The position numbers and the translations under genes were made by a program. DNA of 63,707 bases, filler included, from Aduncisulcus paluster (taxonomy: Eukaryota), in NCBI GenBank assembly GCA_024181965.1. It is 8 parts of 8 records of this genome, joined end to end, with 100 filler letters (N's around TTAATTAATTAA, not from the genome) between each part and the next. Parts side by side here need not be neighbours in the genome. Positions count along the whole stretch, not along the records: positions 6,496 to 25,143 come from BQXS01011250.1; positions 25,244 to 32,352 come from BQXS01011252.1; positions 32,453 to 35,761 come from BQXS01011253.1; 5 more parts are not named here. One strand, 5' to 3'. The notes beneath the pieces were generated by a model that worked only from the letters and a program-made list of their open reading frames with translations, was not told the origin of the DNA and did not search any database. Each line of letters begins with the position of its first letter. Position 1 is the stretch's first letter. Positions 22,019-35,861 of the stretch are shown here, piece after piece.

Positions 22019-25000
22019 TCATTCCTCGATGCCAAATAAAAATTCGCACATTGTTGCAATGCTCCAAGCTTGAGCAACACAAGAACCTCCACAGAATTGT
22101 CCAGCGTGATTTGTAAGTTCTGGGAGTGAACAAGGAAGTTTGCCCAATCCTTGGCTTCCACCAAGACGATAATACTCCATATGACGATAATGGGGCTGTG
22201 TCAGAGAGTGAATGATATCATCACCCTCTATTTCTTCACTTTCTTTCTCAATCAATGATGTGAACCATCTCCATGCCTTCATAAAGTGTCCATAAGGCCA
22301 TACCCACTCAGGACCACAGTGATAAGCAGCCCCACATGAAGTGATTGGATCGTCACTCTCAGTTGATTCATAGGCTGGTCGATATCTTGAATCAGATGGA
22401 GTGAGTGTCTTCACACCGACTGAGGATCCCTCAACAATCAGATTGGAGCGGATGTTCCTGAGACACTCAATGGCATGGGTTGGGATGAACAATTCAGGAT
22501 CGACACTCAGAGCAACTGAAACATTGGATCTGAATTGGTAGTCACACCACTCACTAGAGGCTCCAAAAGTATCTTTGTAAATCCCCTTTTTGTTGACAAG
22601 AGACCAATTGACCCAGTATTTATGGGCATCGGCATCAGATCTTGAGGTTGGAATCCAGAAGGCTCTTTCAAAATTCTCTTCAATACGAGTGCACCATTCC
22701 TCAAGGCTGACTTTCTTTCCTCCCATCAACACAAAGTGGCAGGAATCTGGCAACAGTGGCAATATTTCCTCTTGAGAAAGAATAGAGAGAGTTTTGTGTT
22801 GAAGAGCAACGAGTTCAATAGCGGAACCATCACGTGGGGTGGAGGGAATACCACGATTATTGGATCCGCTTCCCATTTTATCCATCCAAGTCCCACAGTT
22901 TTGAGGATTTCCACCACGAGTAAACCCAGTTAGAGGATCAATCCCAGTGCTGATATCGAATCCATCAGATGTCATCACAGAATCTATCCTATCTCCTGCA
23001 TTCCACTCTCTGAAAGTAATGCCTATCGAGTGTTTCACTAATATTTCACAGATAATATCTGCAAGGGTCACATTATAAACATTGCAACCACTTTCATGAT
23101 TCATTCTTTCGAGGACAGCTCGTTTCAAGACATACCCGCCGAACTTGCATGGTAGACTACTGGCAGATGTTTTAGGATCCTTCTGGAACAAGCCATAGTC
23201 ATTTATCATGGCCGTTTTCCCGGCTGGAACCTGGAGATCATGATAATCATCCATGTTGTCAGAAGGGAACATTCTCACGATCTTTGTGCTCAAAATAGCT
23301 GGGTTCTTCTTCATAAGAAGAGCAACACAATGCATAAAGAACCATGTGGCATCACGAGCATTGTACCGAGGATAACGACCACAGTCGAGCAAATTGGGAA
23401 CTAAACCGTGACGGACAAGACAAGCACATCCAACAATCAGACTGAGAGCATCGGAGTCACGATTAAATGCCAAAAATAGACCAGGAACCGATATTAAAGA
23501 ATCTCTTCCCCACATGCGCATGATTCCCTCAGTAAAATGATCAAACCCAGCTGGAATTGAGGAATCCAAGGGTGGAACTTCGCTTAATCTCCCTTTGACA
23601 TCATTAACAGCGAGAGATATGCACTTGAAAATGGAAGTATCGATCATGGGATTATCGGGAACTTTGCTGTAGAATGATACAGAGGAGACCAAAACTTCCC
23701 TCTCGAACCAATCGAGAGAGGATATTCTTGTTTTTGCTTCAATTAGTCTTGATATCAAACAGGTACGAACAACACCACGGACAACAGTAACAGCAACTCC
23801 AAATGCCCAGGGACGAAGGAATGAAGGACAGCACTTAACAAGCTGGAATACGGTTAGAGCAGGACGGAATCCAGTGTCATTGAAGATATCAATCAGATAA
23901 TCCACAGCCCATGTTCCATTTCTGAGATTCTCACACAAAGGATGACCCAAATCGAATGAAGAAATAATATAATCAACAATGGGGCCAAAACCCTCAAGTC
24001 CGGCCCAAGCAAGACGATTTCCATCAAGAGAATAACATCCACGCTTCCTTCTCTTGTCTTCTTCACGGTCAGCACCGAACAAAACCTCGGAGATGAGTGA
24101 CAAATCCATGTCAAAGCAATACGTGTACAATGAGTGGAATAGTGCAGAAGGTTCGATACTAAGGTGTGAGCAAGAAGATGGAGATCCATGGAAGGTCTGT
24201 GTTGGAGATGAAAGTTCAGATGATCGATGGCTAATCTTTGAAGGAGAAGACAGGTCTGACGGAGAGAGAGACGACGGGGAGATATCTGATACGTATAACG
24301 GAGATTGCATCTCGGATTTAGTAACATGCCCAGTGTAATGAGGGTGATGGTGAGCCATGTTCCGTTCGAGTAGGCCAATGTATTGTGTGTTGAGAACTCT
24401 GAGAGCATCAAATGAAGGGATTGAGAGCTTGGAAAGCTTTGTCTTCAAAACAATCACAGTTCCTTTTCCAAAATTCTTGAGAGATAGATGAGTATTATTG
24501 CGTTTCATCTCAAAGGTAACAGTACTATCTGTGAGGGGAATATCAGTTGCACTGGCTTCAAGACCAGCTAGAAATGGGACCGAACGCTTTTCGTGGGCAG
24601 ACTTTCTGAAAATAGTTGATGCCGATGGAGCCATTACATAGTTTTTGGCATACTTTGAATACATATCGGGATTAAACTCCATTCGAGCATACAATTTCAC
24701 GTCACATACTTCCCCAGGCACATCAAATTCAACACTTCCATAGTCAGTTTCACTTCTGAAGGCAAGATGGGATATGAACACAAACGACTCCCCTGTATCT
24801 GGGTTTCTTCTCGTTATTGAGATGATTGATCCATCCTGGTGACTGTGCATCTCAGAGAAACCCTGTTCACCCATAAAATAATGCAAGTCTGACAACACTT
24901 TCTTCTGTTTGATAATACCGCTTGTCTCTGAAAAATATGGAACATGTGAATTCCGGAAGCCTGGGTATCTACGCCGTTCTGTGGTCCGAATGTGGAAAGG

Positions 25001-25143
25001 CACAAGTTCGTCATACCCCCGGACAGATCCCACAGCTGTAGGCATTGCCCACACACAGGTGGAGAGAGGAAGGACATTCAGAGGTTCGTGGGAGGATGAA
25101 GGATTGCCATTGTTATCTTGGGCAACAAAAGGGATGTTATCAT
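22019..25143 (-). CDS. AGL: Glycogen debranching enzyme (4-alpha-glucanotransferase/amylo-1,6-glucosidase), C-terminal part; 5'-truncated
   Basis: GSVRGYDELVP, DLGHPLCENLRNG.W, AGFDHF..GIMRMWGRDSLIS, RHGLVPNLL, RYNARDATW, NCGTWMDKMG, TPRDGSAIE, YHCGPEWVWP, LPELTN and QAWS. Confidence 0.95.
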
Positions 25144-25939
25144 NNNNNNNNNNNNNNNNNNNNNNNNNNNNNNNNNNNNNNNNNNNNTTAATTAATTAAN
25201 NNNNNNNNNNNNNNNNNNNNNNNNNNNNNNNNNNNNNNNNNNNATATTTGTTCAAATTCAGAGATACTGTTGTCTTATTTTAAATATTGTATCCTCTAGA
25301 TAAGTGGGCTTATCTCCTTATCGTGTCGGGAAGGGGTCAGATTAAAACAACGATAATATGACGATGCAATACGCCCGAATTTTCCACTGGATACAACGAA
25401 AGGGGAACATTGGAACTCAATCATGTAATTTTATTTGGGCAAATGAAATAGAGAAAGACGAAACTTAAATGATGGTAATTATATGCATGTATAGGTTGAA
25501 ATATTACAAAATATCATTACCAGCGATGAAACCGATGTGAATATCCAAAGGATCCAGGGAAATTGAAAATAACCGAGTAGAAACAACTTGATTGGCATTT
25601 TGTATAAATTCAGAACCACTCGCTCCGTGTGTGATATATAATATAAAACAAATGAAATGTGGATGATATACAGAACAAAACAAGAAATGATACGGGGTTG
25701 AAACCAGAAAAAAAGACCATTTGAACGTGAATAATACGATAGGTTGGCAAAACACAAATTACTGCGGAAATACGGCAAGTAAATGAAGATCATGCATTTC
25801 GGGGGTTAAATATTTGCAACATTATTGCAGTATAACGGCTAGAAGTGATTTTGTAAACACACGTTGTCTCCAAAACAACAAGTTACAGCATGTTTTTGGA
25901 TCGGGGCCTCTGGGTGGAAAATGGAAAGTGTCTCGAGTT

Positions 25940-26560
25940 TTATTTGCTATATGATGAGAGAGTAGCCAAGAATTCAGAGTCAATTCCATCTAATTCAATG
26001 GCATCTTCGAGGACTTGAATCTGCTCACCAAGTACTCTAGATAGATCTTCTTGGCTTTCAATAATTGATTTGAGCTCTGATATTTCGAGCATTAGTAAGT
26101 TATTTTTTGATTGGCGGTCATTTTCCTCGGATTTCAAAGACTTAGAGACAATAGAAATTTCGTCTTTTAGCTGATGCTCTTTCTTTGTCTGGTCCGATAA
26201 TTGTCTGATTGCATCATCTGTTTTTGATTGAGATACAACACTTCGGCGCTCAAATTTTTTCTTTTCTCGTTCTGCAGTATCTGCTTCATCAATTTCCGAA
26301 TATACAACTCGCTGCAATTCAATATTATCAATGGGAGAAATAGAAATGCTGTCTTTAATCTTGGACAATTTATGTTCATCTTGTTTTGCAATGGAAACAA
26401 TCCGCTTCTCATCGTCATGGATAAATTTGAGTTCTTCTTTTAATGATGATAATAGGGCAAGTAATTCGTGTTCTTCGGCTTTTTTCTCTCTTATTTTCTC
26501 TTTTTTAATGGTTATGGAACGCTCTAAATAGCTAATTCTGGGATCAAATTCGTCTTCCAT
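25940..26560 (-). CDS. Hypothetical coiled-coil protein
   Basis: 206-aa ATG-initiated ORF, E/K/L-rich heptads throughout. Confidence 0.65.
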   Translation of the reverse strand: MEDEFDPRISYLERSITIKKEKIREKKAEEHELLALLSSLKEELKFIHDDEKRIVSIAKQDEHKLSKIKDSISISPIDNIELQRVVYSEIDEADTAEREKKKFERRSVVSQSKTDDAIRQLSDQTKKEHQLKDEISIVSKSLKSEENDRQSKNNLLMLEISELKSIIESQEDLSRVLGEQIQVLEDAIELDGIDSEFLATLSSYSK

Positions 26561-27016
26561 GATATTTGTTATTGTAATAAAGCTAAACTATGTAATATGT
26601 GCGAGATTTATATAATATGATATATAAATAAAAATATATCAATTGTTGAATTTATGAAGTTACGATAACCCAAAGAAAATCGATCGGAATCATTTAGGCG
26701 CGCAATAGTATTATTAAGAATGAGTATTTTCTTTGAAAAGGAATTTACATTGAATTATATTATCTTTTTTTGTATTTATATACGTGAATTTTCTTATTTG
26801 CGCCTTCTACTCATTTCTGTGGTCAATTCACTAAGAATAGAGAAAATTAAAATATTGATGATCAAAAATAAATATAGAAGCTGTAATGATATTCAAAATT
26901 AATGAAAAAAGTCTAGATATCGTCAGATACAGTCAAATCACTGCAAATGCTTCCTTGCCACCGACTGAAACTACTCTACACGTTTTACAAGATTTCCTTA
27001 AGAATAATTATATAAT

Positions 27017-30000
27017 ATGAGCCATTTTAGTGATAGTATGTTCTATTTTGTTTGTTTTTATCAATCATTTTCATTTTAGTTCTATTTACATTATTTTCAA
27101 GGTTCTGAAACTTCTTTTAAGACATGTGATGAATTATCTGATGTTACAATTGTGTATTCTTGCGATGAATATTTTCCAGTCGATGTTGACACCCTCGAAG
27201 ATTCAAATGATGATTTTTTCAATAACCCTTTCTATTTAGAACATATGAAGTTATCACCTGTGACATCCCCTGAATATGATTTACTTTCCATTATGGATAA
27301 ATTGCCAGAATTTGTGATTGCTGCCTTGTTACGAATTTCTTCACGATACTATTCCCTTTCAGTGAATGGGACTTTTTTATCGCATAATCTCCCGAAATCA
27401 TGCACTTTTTCCGTGGAATCTATGATACAAGATGATAAAGCAATCCAAGATCATCCAACTGGCTATGAAGAAACGGAAGATGTCTATAAAGATGGTTTTA
27501 AAGATCATATTGGAGAAAATCTTTCAGCCATTGCACCAAAGCATGCGTGTTCATCGTTTTCTGCCCAAAGTCCGATTCTTCTTTCTCCAAGCAATTCTTT
27601 GCCAGCACCCTGTTTCCTATTTACTCTTATGACTCTTAACAATCCCCAAAAATATCCGTTTGAGAAACTTGTTCGTTCATTGCTCCACCAATGTTGTTTT
27701 GTATCCTCGAAATCTTCGCAGAAAGATGTATATAATGTTAGAGAAATCCTTGGACAAACTGACATTGATTTCGGAGTAATCATAAATGATGTTTGTGAAG
27801 TTATTCTTGGATTATTCCTCGTTCATGGTGGATACATCGGTTCTCATGGCCATTCGTATCGAACAGAAACCTCCATCCATCATTCTTTCTTTGTTTCTGC
27901 TATCAATGTTTTTTTCTCACTTTTCCCAATTTATTCCTCAATTCAGACGCTCACTGATGCTTGCATTGCTTCTAAACAACGTGTGACATCAACTAATATT
28001 GAATTTGTGTTGAGTGTTCTGGCATCGTATGCTATATTTGAGGACTTGTCCAGCAAGGATCACACCTATCAATCTGACAATAATAACAAGGAAGATTCTC
28101 AATTGGGGATAATTATAGAATTTATTGAGACTATTTTAGGATATAATGAGAAACAGAAAGAAGATGATCAAGTCAAAGATGAAAAAGAAGAAGAAGAAGA
28201 AGAAGAAGAGGGATGGAAAGATGAGTCATTAAGTGAATCAAAGGAAGAAAAGGAAGAAGAAGAGGGAAAAGAAATTGCCATCGAAGAATCAAGTATTTCA
28301 GCAAAACTCAAAACAACAATTATCAAACCAGTATCAATGAAGTTTAAAATATTTTTGAGAAAGTTAATGGCTATTTATAGGTCACGTCCATACCTTGACT
28401 CGATTTCAACAATTTCTACATTTTCGGAGCTTATCAACAATGGGCTCCGTGGTGCTATTAATAGTTGTTTGAGAAAGATGTCCAGTTCTCTTGGTTTATC
28501 TTTTTTACCCCTGAGTTTGTCTTCGCCCCATGTCTCTCCTTCTCATCTTTCTCTTCATGAACTATTTTTAGAATCGGAATCCCCTCTCTCTGTGATTGAC
28601 GATGAGACTGAATCGTGGTCTTCTGAGGATTCTGAAGAATATGAATCCACATCAGACTCTTTCTCAAGTGAANNNNNNNNNNNNNNNNNNNNGCCCATTG
28701 TTGATCAACAATGGGCTCCGTGGTGCTATTAATAGTTGTTTGAGAAAGATGTCCAGTTCTCTTGGTTTATCTTTTTTACCCCTGAGTTTGTCTTCGCCCC
28801 ATGTCTCTCCTTCTCATCTTTCTCTTCATGAACTATTTTTAGAATCGGAATCCCCTCTCTCTGTGATTGACGATGAGACTGAATCGTGGTCTTCTGAGGA
28901 TTCTGAAGAATATGAATCCACATCAGACTCTTTCTCAAGTGAATCTTTGAGAAGAAAGCCTATAAATAGTTTATCGAAGGAAGAGGATGGAAGGAGAAGA
29001 AAGGAGAGCAAAAAGAGAGCTAAAAAGAGACAGCAGAAAGTTTTGACTTTTGTTGACCGATTGAATGAGCTTGACCGATTTATTTATAGAAATGATCAAA
29101 TTGAGTCCTCTTATTCTTCTTCTTGCAAGAAAACTGGGGATTCTTTCTTGAATTATAATGATGAATTACGAGCATTTTATGTGTGTCAAAGTATTTTTTT
29201 CCGAATCTGGAAGCAAGAGTATGAGTCTTCAACTTTTCTCGATGATTCTCCGGGGAAGAGTGACCATTCAATGAGAGTTTCTGATAGATATATTATTTTA
29301 CATGATGAACCAGAACAGAGACGGAGAGCTGAGATTGAATCGGACCCAGGGTATTATCATATCAATTCTGTTCATTATCATCAAATTCGTTCATCTATTT
29401 GGGGATTCCCTTGCGATGGCATCAAATCAAAGGAAACATTATCAAAGGGGGAAGAAAATAATAGCGTTACAATCCCTGCTATTTTTAGTTTAGCTGAGAA
29501 AGTTTTAAATTTATCTTCTCAAGCAACTCAGCCCAGACCAAGTTCAATTGTGTCCAATTCTGATGAACATGGTCTTATTTCTGATGAATATGAGTGTTTT
29601 ATTATGAATATTGCTTTTCCGAATGTTGTTTTATTCCATGAGAAACACATTGAAGAGAAAAAAATAGAAGAGAAAACAAGGGATGTGATATTGAATAATA
29701 CTAATTCAGATCAAGACGTGGATAAATCCTTGTCCATTGCACAATATATTTCGAGTGAGTTGCAGCGTCTCACACAACCTGAAGCTGGAGCTTTGAAACC
29801 CAGGGAGGATATTCGTTGTCACATATTTAATTCTGCACTATCTCCTCAGTTATTTTCATTACTTATGGAGGCATTTATGAAGAATGACCAGCAAGAGAGC
29901 GAGTCCAGAATATTTATCCACTCGATGTGTATTTTAGTCTCTTATATACTCTCTGTTAAGACGTTGCAACAACAAACATTGTCCAAGGAAATTGAGTCGA

Positions 30001-32352
30001 ATAATTCTATGCCGCTTGTTCGTACTTGTAAATACATCTTTTCTTTAATTATGAATGATACGAGCAAAATGGGGAATAATATATATATTCCGTATCTTGT
30101 GGATTATTATTCCAATAATATTCGGGACAAACTCATTTCTCTATCTTCTGATGCTGGTATGACTCATCACTATAAATATCTGCTCGATTCTGTTGATGTT
30201 GCCACGATGTCTTGGTTTTATTCACATTTGATTCCACATTTTCCTCTCGATTTCTCTCTTTCTGATGTGTTCCAAAGGTTGAACATCCCTCATTCATTTT
30301 CCTCATTCTCTCTCTCTCTTCCAAAATCTCTGTTTATCCTTGTTGATTCAAGAGGAAAGGGAAAAGATGTAGTATCCAGGCTTAGAGAGCAAGGCCTACA
30401 ACGAAGCGAGAGTTGTGGGAGATTTGATGAGAGCTCTTGTCTTCTTTCTGCTCTCTTGATTCTGTGTGATCGAGGAAGGGAAATGATTGTTGATTCTTTG
30501 AAATGTTTCTTTGCACATCAACCTTGTGAGGAATCACCATCGCGATCTGTGGATGAATTCTATAATGCTGGTAGACTCATGATCTCTGAAAGTTTGTTAC
30601 GAGTGTTCGTTGACTATTTGTGCGATTTTATCCTTCATATCCCCAATAATTCACATATTTACACATACAATGCAAGTGTATGGCTTTCCCGTGCAATTAT
30701 TAGCAAAGGCATTCATCAAGAACTTCACCAAGGCGAAGATGAAGAGAAGGAGGATGGTCAAAATGCTCTGATGGACATTGTTAGATATATTGTAGAGTTT
30801 ATTGTTGAAAGGATGACTGCCACTAATGATCAGGAGACGTTATTATTGTGGAAGATGGTGAAGATTTGTAAGATTTCTAAGTTTGAGAGGTATTTATGTA
30901 TTGAGCATGTGATCTTGGACACTCATTCTTTCCTTCCACCATCCTCTCTATATGCTCTCGACTCTCCCGAACATTCCAGTGATCTCATTTCCATCATTTT
31001 GTCCCATAACAATACAGTCACGTCTTCTCAGCTCAGTGCTTCCCAAAGATCCATCGATGGAGCTGGGCAAGAATTGGAAGAGGAAGAGGATTCGTATAGT
31101 TCTTCATCTTCTTCCTCAATCCATTTGATGAATATCCCATCGATTTCAAAAGGTGGAATCGGTGTTGGATCTGCAATTGGTACCGCTGCCAGCAATATAA
31201 ACCAGTATGGCGTTTCTTCTGATTCCAATTCTAAAAATAGCAGCAATATCAGTGTTCTATTTGGAGCTTTGTCCTACTCTGATATTTGTCTATTTAACAG
31301 CTCTCTCATGCATCCACTCACGCTGTCGATGCTTCACTCCCACATATGTGAGCACATTATCAATTTAGTTAAAAATTCATCGACTTGTTCATCTGACTAC
31401 GCGTCCACAAAATCCCTTGATTTCCAGCAACATCCTTCCGTCACACACGTAGTGGCCAGATCTTCCTCAGGCTCAGTGTTTTTCCCTCGGGAATTGCCTT
31501 CATCTTTTTCAGACACAACATCTTTATCGAGTTCTTTCTCATTTGATTCTATTTTTGGATCAGAGAGTAATAAGAATCAGGATCGCATGTCTCTTTCATA
31601 TAGTCAGAAAAGGCGTCAAGCTCTGTGCAAAAACGTTGATACTCTCTTGAAACGATGCTTTGCTCTATGTTCTAGTTCGTTTTCTTCCCCTTCTCCAGAT
31701 TCGACCATGCTCTCCCATCTCTACTCTTCTATCCAACTCATATACAAGGGAGTTGTGGCACAACATCCATGTAAGCCTGTATGTCGTGTTCCTCAGCTCT
31801 ACAACAGTGAAAAGGAGAGGGAAATGGTTAAAAATATGGTTGTTTTGGGTGGAATCGGTATAGCTCAGGTTGTTCAAGTCCTCGATCACTCACTCTGGTC
31901 CTCAGACATGGTCTTTTCCACGAGTCAAAGTCAAAATATTCTCTCTTTGAGCAAACTCAAGTGGATTTCTGGAGACGAAAGTGCTTCTTGTGAATACAAT
32001 AGGAAGAGATTGGGCCGAAGAATGCATAAATCTGCATCATTCGCGGAGTGGACTTGGAAAAAAGGAGCAAAAGAAATGAAAGACGAGGAGGAAGAGGAGG
32101 AAGAGGAAGGAGAAGAAGAAGAGATGGGTCATGAATCGTGTGTTTTTGATTTTAATTTCAACACATGTTCTTTCCCTCTGTCAAATGCTATTAACTCAAC
32201 GATTAGGAATATTATTACCAAGAACAATCAATTGCTATTTCTTCCAATTGAACCTGAAAAGATGTATTCCTACATTAAAACACACTCTCTCCTTGAGTCT
32301 CTCTTGCATACGTCTTTCCTCTTCACCTCTTTGTGTTACTCTGATGTTCATG
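27017..32352 (+). CDS. Very large hypothetical protein (>1600 aa), one 5' intron; split in the ORF track by a gap duplication; 3'-truncated
   Basis: Exon 1 27017..27035 (MSHFSD) and intron 27036..27101 join the 27152 ORF. ORFs 27152..28732 and 28596..32408 share LINNGLRGAINSCLRK, so they are one gene once 28673..28943 is collapsed. Confidence 0.7.
27036..27101 (+). other. Spliceosomal intron (66 nt)
   Basis: GTATGT...TTTTCAAG; supplies an in-frame ATG for an ORF otherwise starting at GTG. Confidence 0.75.
28433..28943. repeat. Gap-flanking assembly duplication (28433-28672 = 28704-28943) with a fold-back palindrome at 28693-28716
   Basis: Identical 240 nt on each side of N20. GCCCATTGTTGATCAACAATGGGC is a perfect inverted repeat of the start of the copy. 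Confidence 0.9.
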
Positions 32353-32546
32353 NNNNNNNNNNNNNNNNNNNNNNNNNNNNNNNNNNNNNNNNNNNNTTAA
32401 TTAATTAANNNNNNNNNNNNNNNNNNNNNNNNNNNNNNNNNNNNNNNNNNNNCCCTTCAACAAAGGTGTTTAATGCCGAATAAATCAAATCAAAGTTCAA
32501 TATGCTACCTCACATTCTCTGAATAGTCTTCAGAATTTCAGAAATA

Positions 32547-35500
32547 TTAGTATCTTCTTCCACTTTTCTGTTTGACATTTTTCATTCCTATCCTCCATGC
32601 TTCTTGATCGTATTCTTCAAACGAACAACATAATGATCCCTGTTCAAACATCACTTCAACACCTCCACCTGTGCGTTCAATCAGATCATACACAGATTGT
32701 CTCAAGGATCTCTCATCATCAAATGGCATCTTAACAAGCATGTGTTGGGGAGGAGAAGTGTATTGGATGAGAGAAGAGTGTGTGAGGATATCTTGAGAAC
32801 TCGATCCATCACGTTTAAGAACATGTTGGATTTGCATTTCTTTTCCACTGATAATATCATGATAGCAAGAGATTTTGTCTTTTTGAGATTGAGAAGGATC
32901 GGGAGTTTTATGCAGATTCATAACAGAACATACATGGGAAGCGTATGAATATCCATCTTTCTCAGGACACAAAGATGTCTCAATTGATGGGAGAAATGAA
33001 ACCATTGGAACGGAATGGAAAAGAGTTGAAGAGAGATAAGAAGAAGATACGAAGGAGGAAATGTTGGAAAGGTATTGGTTATAGATTTGAGTTGGACAAT
33101 ACCATTCTTCTTTGCACCGTAGCATGTTGGCATCATATTTGGGAGATAGATGAGGAATTATTGATGGGACAGTGGATAGCATGGAAATGAGTTTGGACCA
33201 GAATATGATTCCCCATTCATGTTGTTTCATAACTTCAAACCACTCATCAAGAAGATGCTTAATATTGTCATAGATTACAAGAGCATGTGAAGGATCACAA
33301 CATAAGTTAGAGAAGAATCGCAAAACATATTCATGATCATCCTCAATAATCTTGTCCCCAACAAACTCTCTCTTAACAAGATCAAGAACAAGGTGGAAAA
33401 GGGGCCAAACTTCAGAACAAAGGGATTTGTTGGGGGGTTTACCATCACTTGAGGCGGTGCCAAATGATAGAATATTCATCCATTGTCCATAACACTCACT
33501 GTCATTGTACATCCTTAACCAATCTCTGATGTATAGTTTGATAAGGGTGAAAATAGAGGATCGAGTGGAAGTAGAGGGAGAAGAAGAGATGTTACTGAGA
33601 GTTTTCAGTAAATTTAGAACAATACTATCAGACAACTTCTTCTTGCTTCCTCTCTCAAGAATTCGATGGAAAGTGGAAAGGATCTTGGGAAAGAAAGAAT
33701 CCCATTTATCTGGAACTTTGAAAGAATAGTTAACACAAATGCTACAATACTTTTCATAAACAACTTCTTCCAAAACCTCCTCAATTCTTGAAAGATGATC
33801 AATGAAAGTGTCAATGAGATTGTTGAGATCGGATATTGGGAGATAGATACTCCTTCCAGCAATAGCATGTCTAACAAACCATCTTAAACACCCAACACAA
33901 AGAACAATCTCTCTCTTGTGCTCTTCTATCTCACTCTTTGATTGGGATGCAAGGAAGACAGAAAGGATATCTCCTCGGTGTTTATGGTAGAGAATTGAGG
34001 ATGATTCTGAGTCAGGACATTTCTTAATAGCTTCAACTAATCCAGACCATTTCTTCAGAGAAGGATAACAATTACCAAGATATCTTGCATAATCTTCACT
34101 CCATCCTCCATTCTTCTTGCACCACTCCATGTTGGCATCATATTTGGGAGAGAGTTGATGGACAAGAGATGGAACAGCGGAAAGCATGGAAATGAGTTTA
34201 GAGCAGAATATGATTCCCCATTTATGTTGTTTCCTCTTCATAACCTCAAACCAACCATCAAGAAGATGCTTAATATTGTCATAGATTTCGGGAGAATGTC
34301 CTGGATCACAACTTAAGTTGGAGAAGAATCGCAAACATTCTTCATGATCATCCTCAATAATCCTATCCCCAACAAACTCTCTCTTAACAACATCAAGAAC
34401 AGGGTGGAATAGAGGCCAAGCTTCAGAACAAAGAGAGGTGTTGGGAGATTCATTATCACTTGAGAGGGTGATCTGTGACAAAATAAACATCCATTGTCCA
34501 TAACACTCACTATCATTGTACATCCTCAACCAATCTTTGACAAATGGTTTAATAAGGGTGAGAATAGAGGATCGAGTAGAAGTAGAGGGAGAAGTATAGG
34601 GAGAAATAGAGATGTTTTTGAGAGTTATCAATAAATATCGAACAATATTATCAGACAACTTCTTCTTGCTTCCTCTCTCAAGAATTCGATGGAAAGTGGA
34701 AAGGATCTTGGGAAAGAAAGAATCCCATTTATCTTCAACTTTGAAAGAATAAGAAACACAAATGGTACAATACACTTCATTAACAGCTTCTTCCAAAACC
34801 TCCTCAATTCTTGAAAGATGATCGATGAAAGTGTCAATGAGATTGTTGAGATCGGGTATTGGGAGGAAGATATGATTTCCAGCAATAGCATGTCTTACAA
34901 AGCAATCTAAACACTCAACACAAAGAACAATCTCTTTCTTGTGCTCTACAATCTCACTCTTTGATTGGAATGCAAGGAAGACAGAAAGGATATCTTCTCG
35001 ATGTTTATGGTAGAGAATTGAGGATGATTCTGAGTCAGGACATTTCCTAATAGCTTCAACTAATCCAGACCATTTCTTCAGAGAAGGATAACAAATACCA
35101 AGATATCTTGTATAATCATCACGCAATCCTCCATTCTTCTTACACCACTCCATGTTGGCATCATATTTGGGAGAGAGTTGAGGGACAAGAGATGGAACAG
35201 TGGATAGCATGGAAATGAGTTTGGACCAGTATTTGACTCCCTGACTATTAGCATGCTCTCCTTCACTTTTCTTCCTCTTCACTATCTCAAACCAGCTATC
35301 AATAAGACCATCTTTAATGCAAGCATGAACTTCAATGGCTTGGGAAGGAATCCAACTCAAGTTACCAAAGAAACACAAACAACGAATTACAGCATCATCA
35401 TCAAATGTAATACCTTTGGAAGCAGTGTCCTTGATAATAGCCAAGACAGGGTGGAAGACGAACCAAAGTTGTGAAGAACGATCTTTATCAGAGTAGGTAT

Positions 35501-35761
35501 TATCCTTATCAAGAGTGATATTCTTCAAGATATTCATCCACAAGAAAAAGAACTTCTTATCAGGATACTTCTTCATCCATGGCAAGATATGGGGGAGAAG
35601 AATGGATAAAAGGGAGTTCTTGGTGGGATCATCTTCAGAGAATGCAATATTCCTACATGTCTGGAGGATATCCTCAACAAAAGAATCCTCAAGTTTCTCA
35701 GATAGGCCGAGAATAAACATCTTGGAGAGAAGAGTGGAGATTTTAGGACAAACTGTGATTC
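32547..35761 (-). CDS. Lineage-specific large helical-repeat protein (~340-aa tandem units); 5'-truncated
   Basis: 1057+ aa ORF. Unit YPSLKKWSGLVEAI...SKLISMLS.VP...LSPKYDANM repeats at a 1023-nt offset. Close paralogs at 60024..60565 and 60667..63707. Confidence 0.85.
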
Positions 35762-35861
35762 NNNNNNNNNNNNNNNNNNNNNNNNNNNNNNNNNNNNNNN
35801 NNNNNTTAATTAATTAANNNNNNNNNNNNNNNNNNNNNNNNNNNNNNNNNNNNNNNNNNNN

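Noticed and set aside
28693..28716. Perfect 24-nt palindrome
   Set aside because: It sits at a gap edge and is absent from the other copy of the same sequence (28431), as expected for a fold-back library chimera.
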